Positions 18,172 to 28,409 of a DNA stretch of 64,000 bases are shown here, in pieces (position 1 is the first letter of the stretch; the number at the start of each line of letters is the position of its first letter). Source of the stretch: Candidatus Aenigmatarchaeota archaeon (GTDB lineage Archaea > Aenigmatarchaeota > Aenigmatarchaeia > CG10238-14); assembly GCA_018920365.1 (NCBI GenBank), contig JAHLMM010000001.1:135628-199627 (forward strand). The letters run 5' to 3'. The position numbers and the translations under genes are program-made. The notes beneath the pieces are model-generated. The model was not told the origin of the DNA, searched no databases, and saw nothing but the letters and a program-made list of their open reading frames with translations.

Positions 18172-18468
18172 ATGAAGAAAAGAAACATTTTTTTGTTGTA
18201 TTTGTTTGGAATTTTGACATTGGGAATATACTTCATATATTGGTTTGTTGCAACAAAAAACGAAATAAACAGTCTAGGTGCAAAAATACCGACGGCATGG
18301 CTAATTATAGTGCCAATAGTAAATTTGTACTGGATGTACAAATACTGTGAAGGATTTTCCACATATGTCAAAAAAGACAACAATACAGTGTTATGGTTTG
18401 TTATTTTTGCACTTGCAGGTATAATAATGCCTGGAATTGTGCAATCAGAGCTTAACAAGAAAGCCTGA
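18172..18468 (+). CDS. DUF4234-like membrane protein
   Basis: [12 protein letters not shown]...NEIN...IVQSELN. Confidence 0.75.
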   Translation: MKKRNIFLLYLFGILTLGIYFIYWFVATKNEINSLGAKIPTAWLIIVPIVNLYWMYKYCEGFSTYVKKDNNTVLWFVIFALAGIIMPGIVQSELNKKA

Positions 18469-18599
18469 TTTTTTCTTTTTTTATTATAAATTAATTAAAT
18501 AAAAAAATTAATATTAAATAATGCAAAAAAGTGAAGCATTTTTTAAATTCATATTAACAATTTTTAAATTCATATTTTTTTCTTTATTAAACTTTTTTT

Positions 18600-19124
18600 T
18601 TGAATTATATTAAGTATTTTTTTCTATTATGCCTTATAGTATTTTTTTTATTAAACATTTTATTTATTATTTTAAATATTAATCCAAATTTATCTTTTAA
18701 TTTTCTTAAGAATCTTGCATTTATTGATACTATATATAAAAAAGATTCTTCTAATCTAAGCGTGAATGAGATAGCAAAATTATTCTCACTTCTTACTCTC
18801 ATTTTATATATTATTTCAATTCCTATAGAATTTGCTTTAAAAAAAATGTTTCGATTTAAAAAAAATACTCCATTAAAAACAAAATTTTTCTTGTTTTTTA
18901 AAATTATTAGTTTAATTTATCTTTTTGATGTTTTGATTATTTTATTTAATTATAATTTAGATAAAAGTTTTTTAATTACATTTATTGCTTTATACGTCAT
19001 GAATTTAATTTACGCTATATTTTATTTTCTTTTAATTTTTTTAATAAACAAAATTCCCCCTCTTGATTGGTCAATAGCAAATATTCTTGAAAAAAATCAA
19101 TTTATCTTTAAAACTATAAATTAA
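18600..19124 (+). CDS. Hypothetical membrane protein, extremely AT-rich
   Basis: 174-aa open frame with about four hydrophobic segments; no family recognised. Confidence 0.45.
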   Translation: MNYIKYFFLLCLIVFFLLNILFIILNINPNLSFNFLKNLAFIDTIYKKDSSNLSVNEIAKLFSLLTLILYIISIPIEFALKKMFRFKKNTPLKTKFFLFFKIISLIYLFDVLIILFNYNLDKSFLITFIALYVMNLIYAIFYFLLIFLINKIPPLDWSIANILEKNQFIFKTIN

Positions 19125-20086
19125 ATCATAATTTCATCTCTCAAAATCAAATGAGTGTTTCTAACCAGTTGTTCAAATATATTTTTTAACTCGATTGTAA
19201 ACTCATCATATTTCTTAAAATTATTATAATTGGTTTCAAATCTTCTGATATACAAGTCTGTTATCTTCTCTTTATCTCTTTTAATTACAGCTTTTTTAGT
19301 GTCATAAAACAATTTCAGCCAAGACTTTAAAACTTTATACATAAGTTTTCTTTTTTTATTCTCATAAACCTTGTAATTGAATTTTTTCATACCAGGTGTT
19401 TGTTGTTTATTCAGCAAATAACTAAAGGCGATCAAATTTATTCCTATGTTATCTAGATGCCTCAATATTCTTGAAATTACAATTATTTCATTAGATGTTT
19501 TTTTCAACTTGTTTAAATACAAAGAATCTTTTAAGGCTAAATTGCATGCTTTAAAGGCTAAATTATGATTTCTTACAATTAAAGAATTTTTATCGAGTGT
19601 TCTATCTCCTGGTTCCTCGTCTTTTTTTATCCGTTCCAATATATCTTTACCCATAATTCCAATAAAAGAAAACATTTGATTGATTATTTTGTCTATATTA
19701 ACATCTTCTATTCTTAATAAATCAGTGAAAATTATTTGATTTTGTTTTTGCTCAGCTACTTCTAAGCCAACAATCCTTTTGTGTGTCATATCAAGAAAAT
19801 CTAGCTGCTCATCTGTCAACTCTCCTGAGACTATAATCTTTGAATAACCTAGTGTGTATGCTTTTAGAATTTTATAATATATCTTATCTGCATTCATTGT
19901 TTTGTCAACATTTATTATAAACTCTTTTTCTGTTTTCTTCATGTCCCCTGGTGTTATCAACAAAGACCCGTCCTCTGCCTCTTGTATCTCAACTTCTCTT
20001 TTGTTTTCTATGTCAAATCTTCTAGACCATGCTAAAGGCAAGGAAACAACAAATGTCTGGCCAAATTTTATTGCCTTTCTTTTTAT
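19121..20086 (-). CDS. AbrB-PhoU family phosphate uptake regulator
   Basis: N-terminal KRKAIKFGQTFVVSLP..W (AbrB-like), AYTLGYSKI, IVGLEV; the frame extends upstream of the track start to an ATA at 20086. Confidence 0.75.
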   Translation of the reverse strand: MKRKAIKFGQTFVVSLPLAWSRRFDIENKREVEIQEAEDGSLLITPGDMKKTEKEFIINVDKTMNADKIYYKILKAYTLGYSKIIVSGELTDEQLDFLDMTHKRIVGLEVAEQKQNQIIFTDLLRIEDVNIDKIINQMFSFIGIMGKDILERIKKDEEPGDRTLDKNSLIVRNHNLAFKACNLALKDSLYLNKLKKTSNEIIVISRILRHLDNIGINLIAFSYLLNKQQTPGMKKFNYKVYENKKRKLMYKVLKSWLKLFYDTKKAVIKRDKEKITDLYIRRFETNYNNFKKYDEFTIELKNIFEQLVRNTHLILRDEIMI

Positions 20087-20164
20087 ATAAAATCACCAAT
20101 ATTATATAATTTATAACAAATATATATAATTTGTCTTTTTCTAATGATTAATTTAGGTGATAGG

Positions 20165-20404
20165 ATGAAAGAAAAAAAATATACCGAAGGAATGCCGGAT
20201 AAGAAATATTTTGGGCAACTGAATGAACTTAACGACGCTAGCCCATATCAACAATTGGAACAGCTTTTGGATTTAATGAAAAGATATGGGGAAGGAACTG
20301 CACAAATGTATGCAATAGCTGCGTATGGAAATTTTTTGGGGCTTGCGGGTTTTGATAAGTTGGAAGAAGTATACAGGTCTAGATTAACACCTGAAACCAA
20401 GTAG
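20165..20404 (+). CDS. Hypothetical protein
   Basis: ATG after AGGTGA SD; T-rich terminator follows. Confidence 0.55.
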   Translation: MKEKKYTEGMPDKKYFGQLNELNDASPYQQLEQLLDLMKRYGEGTAQMYAIAAYGNFLGLAGFDKLEEVYRSRLTPETK

Positions 20405-20473
20405 TTTTAATTTTTTTATTTTTTTACCTAATGTATTTAAAAATATTAAAATTTCTAATCTCTAAAGATTATT

Positions 20474-21097
20474 ATGGAATCTCTGCTAAAGTTGGCTGAA
20501 AAAATCCAAGACAAAGACCTTAGAAAAAAGGTTATAGATTATATTAAAGATAAGAAGCTTAAAAACAAGCATTTTGAAAAATACAAAAGGGAGGATTTAG
20601 ATAAAGCTGGCTCTTACTTTTCTGTAGGTAATGCAAGTTTAGGTCCTATAGAAAGGGATGTTGTTCATCACACAACTGTTCTGACGCATTTAGTTATACA
20701 GACTGCAAAAATAATAGAAGCTGGTTATGGAATAAAACTTGATATGGATGCCTTAGTTGCTGCCTCAATATGTCATGACATCATGAAATCAACAGAATAT
20801 AATAGAGATGATTCTGGCGAGTTAGAACCAACAGGAATAAGTCTTGATCATACAATGCTTGGCACAGCAGAATTGTATGCAAGGGATTTTCCAGAAGAAG
20901 TCATTCACATAGTTGCCTCGCATGCTGGCGAAGCTGGCACTACACCACCAAGATCATTTGAAGCTGTCATCTTTCATCATTTGGACACTTTAGCATCATT
21001 AATGGAATATTATGCATTAGGCTACTCTAAAATAAATGAAAAGTTGAAGAAAATTGTTGAAGAAAAAATGAATGAAATGGGTGAAAAATCTGAATAA
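20474..21097 (+). CDS. HD-domain phosphohydrolase
   Basis: HT...CHDIMK...DH...HIVASH...PPRSFEAVIFHHLD. Confidence 0.85.
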   Translation: MESLLKLAEKIQDKDLRKKVIDYIKDKKLKNKHFEKYKREDLDKAGSYFSVGNASLGPIERDVVHHTTVLTHLVIQTAKIIEAGYGIKLDMDALVAASICHDIMKSTEYNRDDSGELEPTGISLDHTMLGTAELYARDFPEEVIHIVASHAGEAGTTPPRSFEAVIFHHLDTLASLMEYYALGYSKINEKLKKIVEEKMNEMGEKSE

Positions 21098-22205
21098 ATT
21101 TTCTGATTTAATAGACATTCTTAAAAATGAGATAAAGAATGTCCAAAGCGGTAATAAAGTTTGTATAATTCATCATGATGACGCTGATGGTTGTACTTCT
21201 GCTGCGTTAATGTCTATATTGCTTTTTAGACTAACCAACCAATTTCCTGACTTGTTTCCTATAAGAGGACCCAATAACCTTTCAAAATCATTAATGTCAA
21301 AGCTAAAAATGATAAATCCGGATTTTGTTTTTACTTTAGACGTCACAATAGATCCAAAAAAACTCAATGTTTTTAATGGTTTTATACTGGATCATCATAT
21401 ACAAAACATTCAAAGCAAAAGTAATATGAAATACATAAACCCTAGACTGCTTGAAGAAAAAGATGAATTAATACCACCAACTTCTTGCATGGTTTATAAG
21501 CTTTTGAAATCGTTTTTCCCAGAAGAAAAGGTTTCATGGATCGCCGGTATAGGTATAACAGAAGATCATAGAGTTGAATTATGTAAAGATGTTTTTGAAG
21601 ATGTAAAAAGAGAGTTCAGCAGTTTTTTTGATTTAGATGATATAAGCCAACAAAGTGTTGAAAATTCTGTTTTTGGTGAATTGTGGGATATGACTAGATC
21701 AGGAAGAATGATTAAAAGGATTAACGGTGCTGTTACAGTAGTTAACGCATTAATAGAATGTAAAAACGACCCTGGAAAATTTTTGAATGGAATTGGAACA
21801 AATGCATATATTGTAAGAAGATTTTATGAAACTATTGAAAGAGAAGGTAGAAAGATTATTGATGATGTTAAAGCAAACGGCAAATTTTTGCATGATAAAA
21901 AAATACTAATTTATGAAGCAAAACAAAGCAGCATAAATTCTATAACATCTTTCGCTTCTGACAAATTAAGACAGAAATACCCTGATTGGATAATATGTGT
22001 TATAGGCAGAGACAGAGGGTTTAATGTTAAATTAAGCATAAGAATAGAGCAAAGTATGATTAATGTTAATTTAGTTGATATTGTAAACAAAATAAAAAGT
22101 GAAATGCCTACAGTCAAAGGCGGTGGACATAAATCTGCTGTTGGTGTTACACTGGCAAAAAGCGACTTGAAAAGATTTTTAGAGCTTTTTCAAAGCTTCT
22201 TTTAG
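21072..22205 (+). CDS. DHH/DHHA1 phosphoesterase (RecJ/NrnA superfamily)
   Basis: HHDDADG, LD, LDHH, SIR, GGGHKSAVG. Confidence 0.88.
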   Translation: MKWVKNLNKFSDLIDILKNEIKNVQSGNKVCIIHHDDADGCTSAALMSILLFRLTNQFPDLFPIRGPNNLSKSLMSKLKMINPDFVFTLDVTIDPKKLNVFNGFILDHHIQNIQSKSNMKYINPRLLEEKDELIPPTSCMVYKLLKSFFPEEKVSWIAGIGITEDHRVELCKDVFEDVKREFSSFFDLDDISQQSVENSVFGELWDMTRSGRMIKRINGAVTVVNALIECKNDPGKFLNGIGTNAYIVRRFYETIEREGRKIIDDVKANGKFLHDKKILIYEAKQSSINSITSFASDKLRQKYPDWIICVIGRDRGFNVKLSIRIEQSMINVNLVDIVNKIKSEMPTVKGGGHKSAVGVTLAKSDLKRFLELFQSFF

Positions 22206-22306
22206 CTTAAACAGTCATTTTATTACTTTTTTTGTCTCATTCATACAAACCTTGGTGCTTGAAAAAGAAAGTATATTAACAATCCAATTTTTGTTTTGTG
22301 ATAAAA

Positions 22307-22510
22307 ATGGAGTGTAAAAGATGCCATTCCCATAGTGTTGTTGTATTTTTAGATTTTCTAGGAAACAAAAGAGCATTCTGTCATGAATGTGATTTTTCAA
22401 TGCTACTACAGCAAAATCAATTAACTCAAAAGAAATTGAGTGAGTTTGCTGAATACTATAGAGGTGGTTGGTTTGGAAGAAATGAAATTGTTGGAAAACT
22501 ATCTGTTTGA
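22307..22510 (+). CDS. Small zinc-ribbon protein
   Basis: CKRC...CHEC. Confidence 0.6.
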   Translation: MECKRCHSHSVVVFLDFLGNKRAFCHECDFSMLLQQNQLTQKKLSEFAEYYRGGWFGRNEIVGKLSV

Positions 22511-22581
22511 AGATAGAGGGAAATTAAAGCATAAGCTAAGCATGAAAAACAATAGTTTGATTTTTGGCTGGATAAGACCAG

Positions 22582-23250
22582 TCACTTTTTCTTCAAAACA
22601 AAAAATCCATGATCCTTTTCAAATGGATCTAGCACAACAAAATTTATCACATTAAAATACTTTTCAAGCTTCTCTCTCTCCTCCTTATAAACAATTTGAG
22701 GTTTTTTAGAAACATTTATACTTCTTGATTTGATTGCAATCATTGCATAACCATTCTCCTTCAAAAAATACTTGCAATTTCTTATAAGAACTTCTGACAT
22801 ATCTGGTACAGCTACGTCTGCATATACTAGATCAACATTCTCAATCCAAGAATAATCTTCTGGCATTCTTGCATCTGATAATATTGGAACTATATTCTTT
22901 CTATCTTCAGCTATACCCAATATTTCTCTTAGAACTCTTTCTGATATCTCTATTCCATAAATTATTCCTTTACTACCAACTATATCGCTAAAATGACTAG
23001 ATGTTGTTCCAGATGCTATTCCTAAATACAAAATTTTCATTCCTTTGTGTATAGGAAATACATCCAAACCTTTGTAAATTGCTGCTGCTGGTTTTGATCT
23101 CGTTGGATCCCATAATCTATACTCCTTTCCATCTTTTTTTACAAGTTTTTCATCATAAACAGATTTTCCTTTAACCAAATTTTCTGTTGCTAGTTTACCA
23201 TTTATCCAAAAGACTCCATCAAATGTTTTTCTATTAAAAATTTTTGACAT
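22582..23250 (-). CDS. flpA: Fibrillarin-like rRNA/tRNA 2'-O-methyltransferase
   Basis: EYRLWDPTRSK, LYLGIASGTTSSH, IKSRSI, LDPFEKDH. Confidence 0.96.
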   Translation of the reverse strand: MSKIFNRKTFDGVFWINGKLATENLVKGKSVYDEKLVKKDGKEYRLWDPTRSKPAAAIYKGLDVFPIHKGMKILYLGIASGTTSSHFSDIVGSKGIIYGIEISERVLREILGIAEDRKNIVPILSDARMPEDYSWIENVDLVYADVAVPDMSEVLIRNCKYFLKENGYAMIAIKSRSINVSKKPQIVYKEEREKLEKYFNVINFVVLDPFEKDHGFFVLKKK

Positions 23251-24294
23251 CTAACCTTCCCTCAAAATTTTTTCTATCCTCTCCTTCAACTCTTTTTTAA
23301 GTTCCTCTGATTTGTCGCCGCTGCCATAAAAGTCCATCTTTATTGCTATACTTAATTTTGAAGCTATGACTCTAGCTATTTTACCTCTTTTATTTGGCGG
23401 TGCTTGCTGAATTAAATTATGTGTGAACAAGACGCCGTGTTTTGGTGATTTACCATGACCGTGCAAATATCTAAATAATGCCTTTTCTGCACCCAAAAGT
23501 TGAATTGTTGAAGATGGTTTTTTTGCTAATTTATCATATCCGCCTGCCAGAGCAATTAATCTTGCTGCTAAAAGAGGCCCTGCTATTGAAGAAAAGTTTG
23601 GTGATATTTCTTTTAGCAAATCTTCTAAATATTTTTCCATCTTTTCTCTTAACTTGTACATATTGTAAATTGCTGTCGCATACTCTTTTACTATCTCTTC
23701 ATCTTTTTCATTGAAATCTAAACCCATGCTACTTTTTGCTAAATCTGCAAACTCTGAAATTTTATCTCTTGATCCAAAAATTGATATCAATTTAATGAAT
23801 TTTTCGTGCTTGTCTATTTTTTGTTCTAATTCTGGAAAATGAAGTCCATACCATTCTCTTATTCTTGCCACATAAATGTTTATTGACTTGTCTATTTCAT
23901 CTATTGCATCTACAACTTCCATTGCAATCCTATCCTTTTTGACATTTTGCTTTATCCTTATCTTGGTCAACTCTATACCAAAATTAGTTAAATACTCGTT
24001 TATATCTTGAAAGCCAATTTCATCAACAATTTTTCTAAAATTTTTTCTTATAATCAGTTCACCAAAATTGTTTTGTTCAAAAATATAATTTTCATTTTTC
24101 TTGGAAGAAACAAATTCATTAAATCCTTTTGTTTTTAATCTGTTTATCAAAACCAGTTCTTCATTTATCATATTTGGTGAAATTTTCAAAGCGTTTTTCT
24201 TATCTCCTTTTTTAAAATACTCTCTATCAACAATATTCCCACTTTCATCTACTGCAAATACCCCCAATGGATTTACTACAATAAAACATTTCAT
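23251..24294 (-). CDS. nop5: C/D box RNP protein Nop5 (Nop56/58)
   Basis: REWYGLHFPEL, PSSTIQLLGAEKALF, PKHG, RGKIAR. Confidence 0.95.
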   Translation of the reverse strand: MKCFIVVNPLGVFAVDESGNIVDREYFKKGDKKNALKISPNMINEELVLINRLKTKGFNEFVSSKKNENYIFEQNNFGELIIRKNFRKIVDEIGFQDINEYLTNFGIELTKIRIKQNVKKDRIAMEVVDAIDEIDKSINIYVARIREWYGLHFPELEQKIDKHEKFIKLISIFGSRDKISEFADLAKSSMGLDFNEKDEEIVKEYATAIYNMYKLREKMEKYLEDLLKEISPNFSSIAGPLLAARLIALAGGYDKLAKKPSSTIQLLGAEKALFRYLHGHGKSPKHGVLFTHNLIQQAPPNKRGKIARVIASKLSIAIKMDFYGSGDKSEELKKELKERIEKILREG

Positions 24295-24337
24295 TATTTA
24301 AAGTAAGAATATTATGCTTAAATAATAATCACAAATG

Positions 24338-25489
24338 CTAAAAAGTTGTTATTTTGCCGTTTATTATATCAACTGTTAATTCTTCAAAATTCTTTCTTGA
24401 AAGTCTTTCTTGAACAAATTCTGTTATTTTTTTCTCATTTATTTTTTCTTTGCTTATATATTTAATTCCTATGAAAGGCTCATCTATTGGCTTGCCTATT
24501 TTTGAAACTAGAATTATTTCAACATTGCCTAACTTGAACTCTTCTTGTATTTCTGAAGACAATTTAGTAGCAAAAATATTGTATATTTTGCCTACATGAG
24601 AAACTGGGTTTTTGCCTGAAACTGCTTCAAGCGAGGTAAACCTGAAAGGTGTTATTAAGCCATTACATCTGTTACCTCTACCAACTTGACCATCATCACC
24701 GTTTTCCCATGAGACTCCGCTGACTGTAAGATATATGTTATCTTTGCTATCAGCAGTATTTATCATAAAATTGATATCTGGAAATTGTTTTTTCAAAAAA
24801 TCCAAAGTTTTTGCTTTCTTTTCAAAATAGTCTTCATAATTTTCAACAAATTCTGAAACAAAAGCCATTGCAACAGTTATATCTATGTCATGACCGCTTC
24901 TTATTCCCATTACTTTGATATCTTCGCCGACAAAATTATTTTTCTGTCTAAATTTTGAATTTAATGTTTTTTCAACATCAAGAACTGTTTTTTCAAGTTT
25001 TGTTAGAGGTGCAAACCCTACGCCAAAGGATGTATCATTTGCTAAAGGTATTTGTCCTTTGCTAAAGCTCTCATATAATTTGACCAAATCATTTGATCCG
25101 GGATGAATCTTTATTTTTATTTCTGGGTTTAGCTTATCTATAAATCTGATGTTTTTCTCGAGATAATCCAAAGTTTGTTCATGCAAAATCTTTCTTATGT
25201 CGTCTATATTTTTTATTATTGATGCTGTGCCTGCTATTGTTATTTCTGGTGGTTGTATTATTTTACCGCCACTAAAAACAGGGTTGGCAACACCACCGAC
25301 TATAAGACCTTTGTCAAGGTTATGGTGAAGTACAAAACCTTTTTCTTTAATATAAAATTTTGACAGCTCCTCTGATGCAAATTCACATATGCCATCAATA
25401 ACACTGTCTGGATGACCAAGTCCTTTTCTTTCTACAATTTCAATATCAGAAGGAAATTTTCTAGTTTCTCTTTCAACCTTAATAAACAT
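24338..25489 (-). CDS. mat: S-adenosylmethionine synthetase, archaeal type
   Basis: EIVERKGLGHPD, HHNLDK, ANDTSFGVG, GEDIKVMG, GRGNR, GKNPVSHVGKIYN. Confidence 0.95.
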   Translation of the reverse strand: MFIKVERETRKFPSDIEIVERKGLGHPDSVIDGICEFASEELSKFYIKEKGFVLHHNLDKGLIVGGVANPVFSGGKIIQPPEITIAGTASIIKNIDDIRKILHEQTLDYLEKNIRFIDKLNPEIKIKIHPGSNDLVKLYESFSKGQIPLANDTSFGVGFAPLTKLEKTVLDVEKTLNSKFRQKNNFVGEDIKVMGIRSGHDIDITVAMAFVSEFVENYEDYFEKKAKTLDFLKKQFPDINFMINTADSKDNIYLTVSGVSWENGDDGQVGRGNRCNGLITPFRFTSLEAVSGKNPVSHVGKIYNIFATKLSSEIQEEFKLGNVEIILVSKIGKPIDEPFIGIKYISKEKINEKKITEFVQERLSRKNFEELTVDIINGKITTF

Positions 25490-25554
25490 ATAATAGAATA
25501 ATAAAAACTGTAAATATTTATTATTTTCAAATACAACAATTATTTAGATATTTT

Positions 25555-25725
25555 ATGCAGAAAAAATGCAGTAGATGTGGTAAGCCAATAAAAGAAGTTG
25601 GAAGATTAGTAAGAGTTACATGGCTTGGATTTAGAGCACCACTTTGCAAATCTTGCAGGGATGCGTTGAGAAAAGAAGGCAAATCTTCTAACAAAACAAT
25701 AAAAAAGGTGAGGGAAAAATCATGA
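25555..25725 (+). CDS. 56-aa zinc-finger microprotein (not in ORF track)
   Basis: MQKKCSRCGKPIKEVGRLVRVTWLGFRAPLCKSCRDALRKE...; the stop overlaps the next ATG (ATGA). Confidence 0.7.
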   Translation: MQKKCSRCGKPIKEVGRLVRVTWLGFRAPLCKSCRDALRKEGKSSNKTIKKVREKS

Positions 25726-25919
25726 ATTTTCTAAAGTTTATGTTGTTAATGCTTGGTGTAATCGGCTTACTTTTAATAGCCATAAGTTTGTGGATGATAT
25801 TTATAAACCAAAATCCTGAAGCTGTGACAAACGCAATAGCGTATTTGAGTATATCTATAGGAATATTATACTTGATTTTTATAGTTCTTATGACAATTAT
25901 CCTAAAAAAGCTTGCATAA
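25722..25919 (+). CDS. Small two-TM membrane protein
   Basis: SD AGGTGAGG; two hydrophobic helices. Confidence 0.6.
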   Translation: MNFLKFMLLMLGVIGLLLIAISLWMIFINQNPEAVTNAIAYLSISIGILYLIFIVLMTIILKKLA

Positions 25920-26903
25920 ACCTTTTTTTATTGGCTCTGCATCTATACCTAATCTTTCTTTAATATTTTCTGCAAGTTCTTCTTTGAAACCGTGAAAAGT
26001 AAAAACTTTTTCTGGTGAAGATTGTTTTACAATTTTCAATAAACCTTTGAAATCTGCATGATCTGTTAAAGCAAATGCTTCATCAACACCTATTTTAACT
26101 TTAAAGTCTTCTTCTATTGCCCAACCACTAAACATTGCTGTTTTCATCTTACCATTTATATTTTTTATTGAAGATGCTTTCCTGCTTGAAGATGGAAGTA
26201 TGTAGATGGCTTGACCTTCAAAACCATCTGGTGCATTTGATAATGAAATAAAATCTCTGGTTGAAAAATTATATTTCCTACATATATTGTTTATTTGGTT
26301 GATATAATCATGCAATATAACAGCCACATCAAATTGTTCTGCTATTTTTGATATTATTTGAGCTTTGCCTAAAGGGTATCCAAAAAGTGCCAATGAGTTT
26401 CCGTTTTCTAATTCTGCTTTTATCCATTCTGTCGATCTATCTATAACATCTGTTATGCTAGGCATTTCATAAAACTCTGATCCATATGTGCTTTCCAATA
26501 TCATTATATCAGAATTAGGTATCTCTGCAGATTTCATATGAAATCTGTGTTTATCGCAAATATCGCCAGTGTAAAATATTTTCTTGTTTTTTATTTTTAG
26601 CAGCAATGACTTTGAGCCAATAACATGGCCCGAATCAAGCATTTTCACATTAAATCCGTTAAGATCAAATGTATCAAACGAAATTGTATTTATCATATCT
26701 ATACCTTTTCTAAATTGAATTAGCTCTCTTGTTGCGTGCGAAGTTATTTTTGGTATTACAGTTTCTGCATTAATAGAATGGTCCATATGCGCGTGAGATA
26801 TAAAAATAATATCTGCATCAACATTGATTTCAGGATCAAGTGATATTGTTTTTCCATCTATATCTAGATTCAAACTACCATTGTAAAAAATGTTTGCGGA
26901 CAT
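25902..26903 (-). CDS. Metallo-beta-lactamase/beta-CASP nuclease
   Basis: SHAHMDH, SGHVIGS, YTGD, ESTYG, LGKAQ, DHADF, FHG. Confidence 0.88.
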   Translation of the reverse strand: MSANIFYNGSLNLDIDGKTISLDPEINVDADIIFISHAHMDHSINAETVIPKITSHATRELIQFRKGIDMINTISFDTFDLNGFNVKMLDSGHVIGSKSLLLKIKNKKIFYTGDICDKHRFHMKSAEIPNSDIMILESTYGSEFYEMPSITDVIDRSTEWIKAELENGNSLALFGYPLGKAQIISKIAEQFDVAVILHDYINQINNICRKYNFSTRDFISLSNAPDGFEGQAIYILPSSSRKASSIKNINGKMKTAMFSGWAIEEDFKVKIGVDEAFALTDHADFKGLLKIVKQSSPEKVFTFHGFKEELAENIKERLGIDAEPIKKGLCKLF

Positions 26904-26973
26904 TCTAAATATTTTTTGTTTTTATAATTAAATCTTTAAATTAACTTTATACAATAATTCTTTAGGTGATAAC

Positions 26974-27528
26974 TTGATAATTTGGCTGTTGATTGCTATT
27001 GTTTTGTTTGTGTTAATACCAATAATGTACATAAACAAAATAATAGTTTTGTCAAATAGAATAGACAATGCTTGGTCTCAAATAGATGTACAACTAAAAA
27101 AAAGAGCAGACTTGGTTCCGAATCTTGTAAATACAGTTAAAGGCTACATGAAGCATGAAAGAAAGATAATAGAAGTTGTTACAAAATCTAGAGAAGAAAT
27201 GCTAAAGGCAGGAAACAACATGAAAGCCATAGCAAAAGCAGAATCTCAGTTATCTTCTGCGTTAAAAACAATATTTGCTCTTGCAGAAAACTACCCAAAA
27301 TTGAAATCAAATGAAAACTTTAAGCTTCTTCAAGAGCAGTTGGAATCTATTGAAAATAAAATAGCATATGCAAGGCAATTTTACAACGACTCTGTGCTAG
27401 AATATAACAATATGGTAACAACTATTCCAGGTGTGTGGTTTGTCGGTTTAACTGGTAAAGCAAAAACAAGAGAATATTTTGAAGCAAAAGATATTGAAAG
27501 AAAACCTGTGAAAGTTGACTTTGAATGA
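26974..27528 (+). CDS. lemA: LemA family protein
   Basis: NAWSQIDVQLKKRADLVPNLVNTVKGY, AENYPKLK, ENKIAYARQFYND. Confidence 0.95.
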   Translation: MIIWLLIAIVLFVLIPIMYINKIIVLSNRIDNAWSQIDVQLKKRADLVPNLVNTVKGYMKHERKIIEVVTKSREEMLKAGNNMKAIAKAESQLSSALKTIFALAENYPKLKSNENFKLLQEQLESIENKIAYARQFYNDSVLEYNNMVTTIPGVWFVGLTGKAKTREYFEAKDIERKPVKVDFE

Positions 27529-28409
27529 AACTTAACTTTCATGAAGAAATTAAAAGAAATAAAAGAAGGTCTTTATTTTTAGTTTTTTTTATTTTTTGCT
27601 CGCTTATTTTTTCTATATACATTATTTCTTTAATTTTCAATTTTGCAGGCTCTATGATAATTTTTACATTTGCATTGATTTTTACAATATTGTACATTGC
27701 AAATGGTTGGTTTTTTGGTGATAAGATAATCTTGTCAGTAACAAAGGCAAAACCCATTTCTGATTTTTCCGGGGTAAAATATAAAAGACTAGAAAATATT
27801 GTCGAAGAAATAAGTATTGCTGCAGGAATACCAAAACCAAAAATTTATATAATAAAATCAAATGAAATGAATGCTTTTGCAACAGGCAGAGATCCTAAAA
27901 ACAGCAGTATTGCAATAACTACTTGTCTTGTTGAAAATTTGAATAGAGACGAACTTTCTGGAGTTATTGCACATGAAATTTCTCACATTGCAAATTATGA
28001 TATCAGGTTTTCAATGATTGTTTCTGTTATGATTGGTATTGTCGTAATTTTAGCAGATTTGTTTCTTAGAAATTTGAGATTTGCAAATAAAAATAACAAG
28101 AACTCTTTGTTTTTGATTTTTGGTTTGATTTTTGCTTTGCTTGCACCAATTTTCTTGCAATTTGTCAAGATGGCTATATCAAGAAAAAGAGAATTTTTGG
28201 CAGACTCTACAGCAGCAAAATTAACAAGATACCCAGAAGGCCTTGCAAGCGCTCTTGAAAAAATAGCTAAAACTAACAAGGGCAATTTAAACGTCAGTGA
28301 AGCTGTCTCGCATCTATTTTTTGTTGATCCGAACAAAAATATTTTGGACTATTTATCATCAACACATCCGCCTATAGAAGAAAGGATAAAAATCTTAAGA
28401 TCTATGTAA
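27525..28409 (+). CDS. htpX: Zinc metalloprotease HtpX (M48)
   Basis: NAFATGR, AHEISH, SRKREFLAD, STHPPIEERI. Confidence 0.93.
   Translation: MKLNFHEEIKRNKRRSLFLVFFIFCSLIFSIYIISLIFNFAGSMIIFTFALIFTILYIANGWFFGDKIILSVTKAKPISDFSGVKYKRLENIVEEISIAAGIPKPKIYIIKSNEMNAFATGRDPKNSSIAITTCLVENLNRDELSGVIAHEISHIANYDIRFSMIVSVMIGIVVILADLFLRNLRFANKNNKNSLFLIFGLIFALLAPIFLQFVKMAISRKREFLADSTAAKLTRYPEGLASALEKIAKTNKGNLNVSEAVSHLFFVDPNKNILDYLSSTHPPIEERIKILRSM

Noticed and set aside
22511-22581. C/D box guide RNA downstream of fibrillarin
   Set aside because: No RTGATGA/CTGA box pair on either strand
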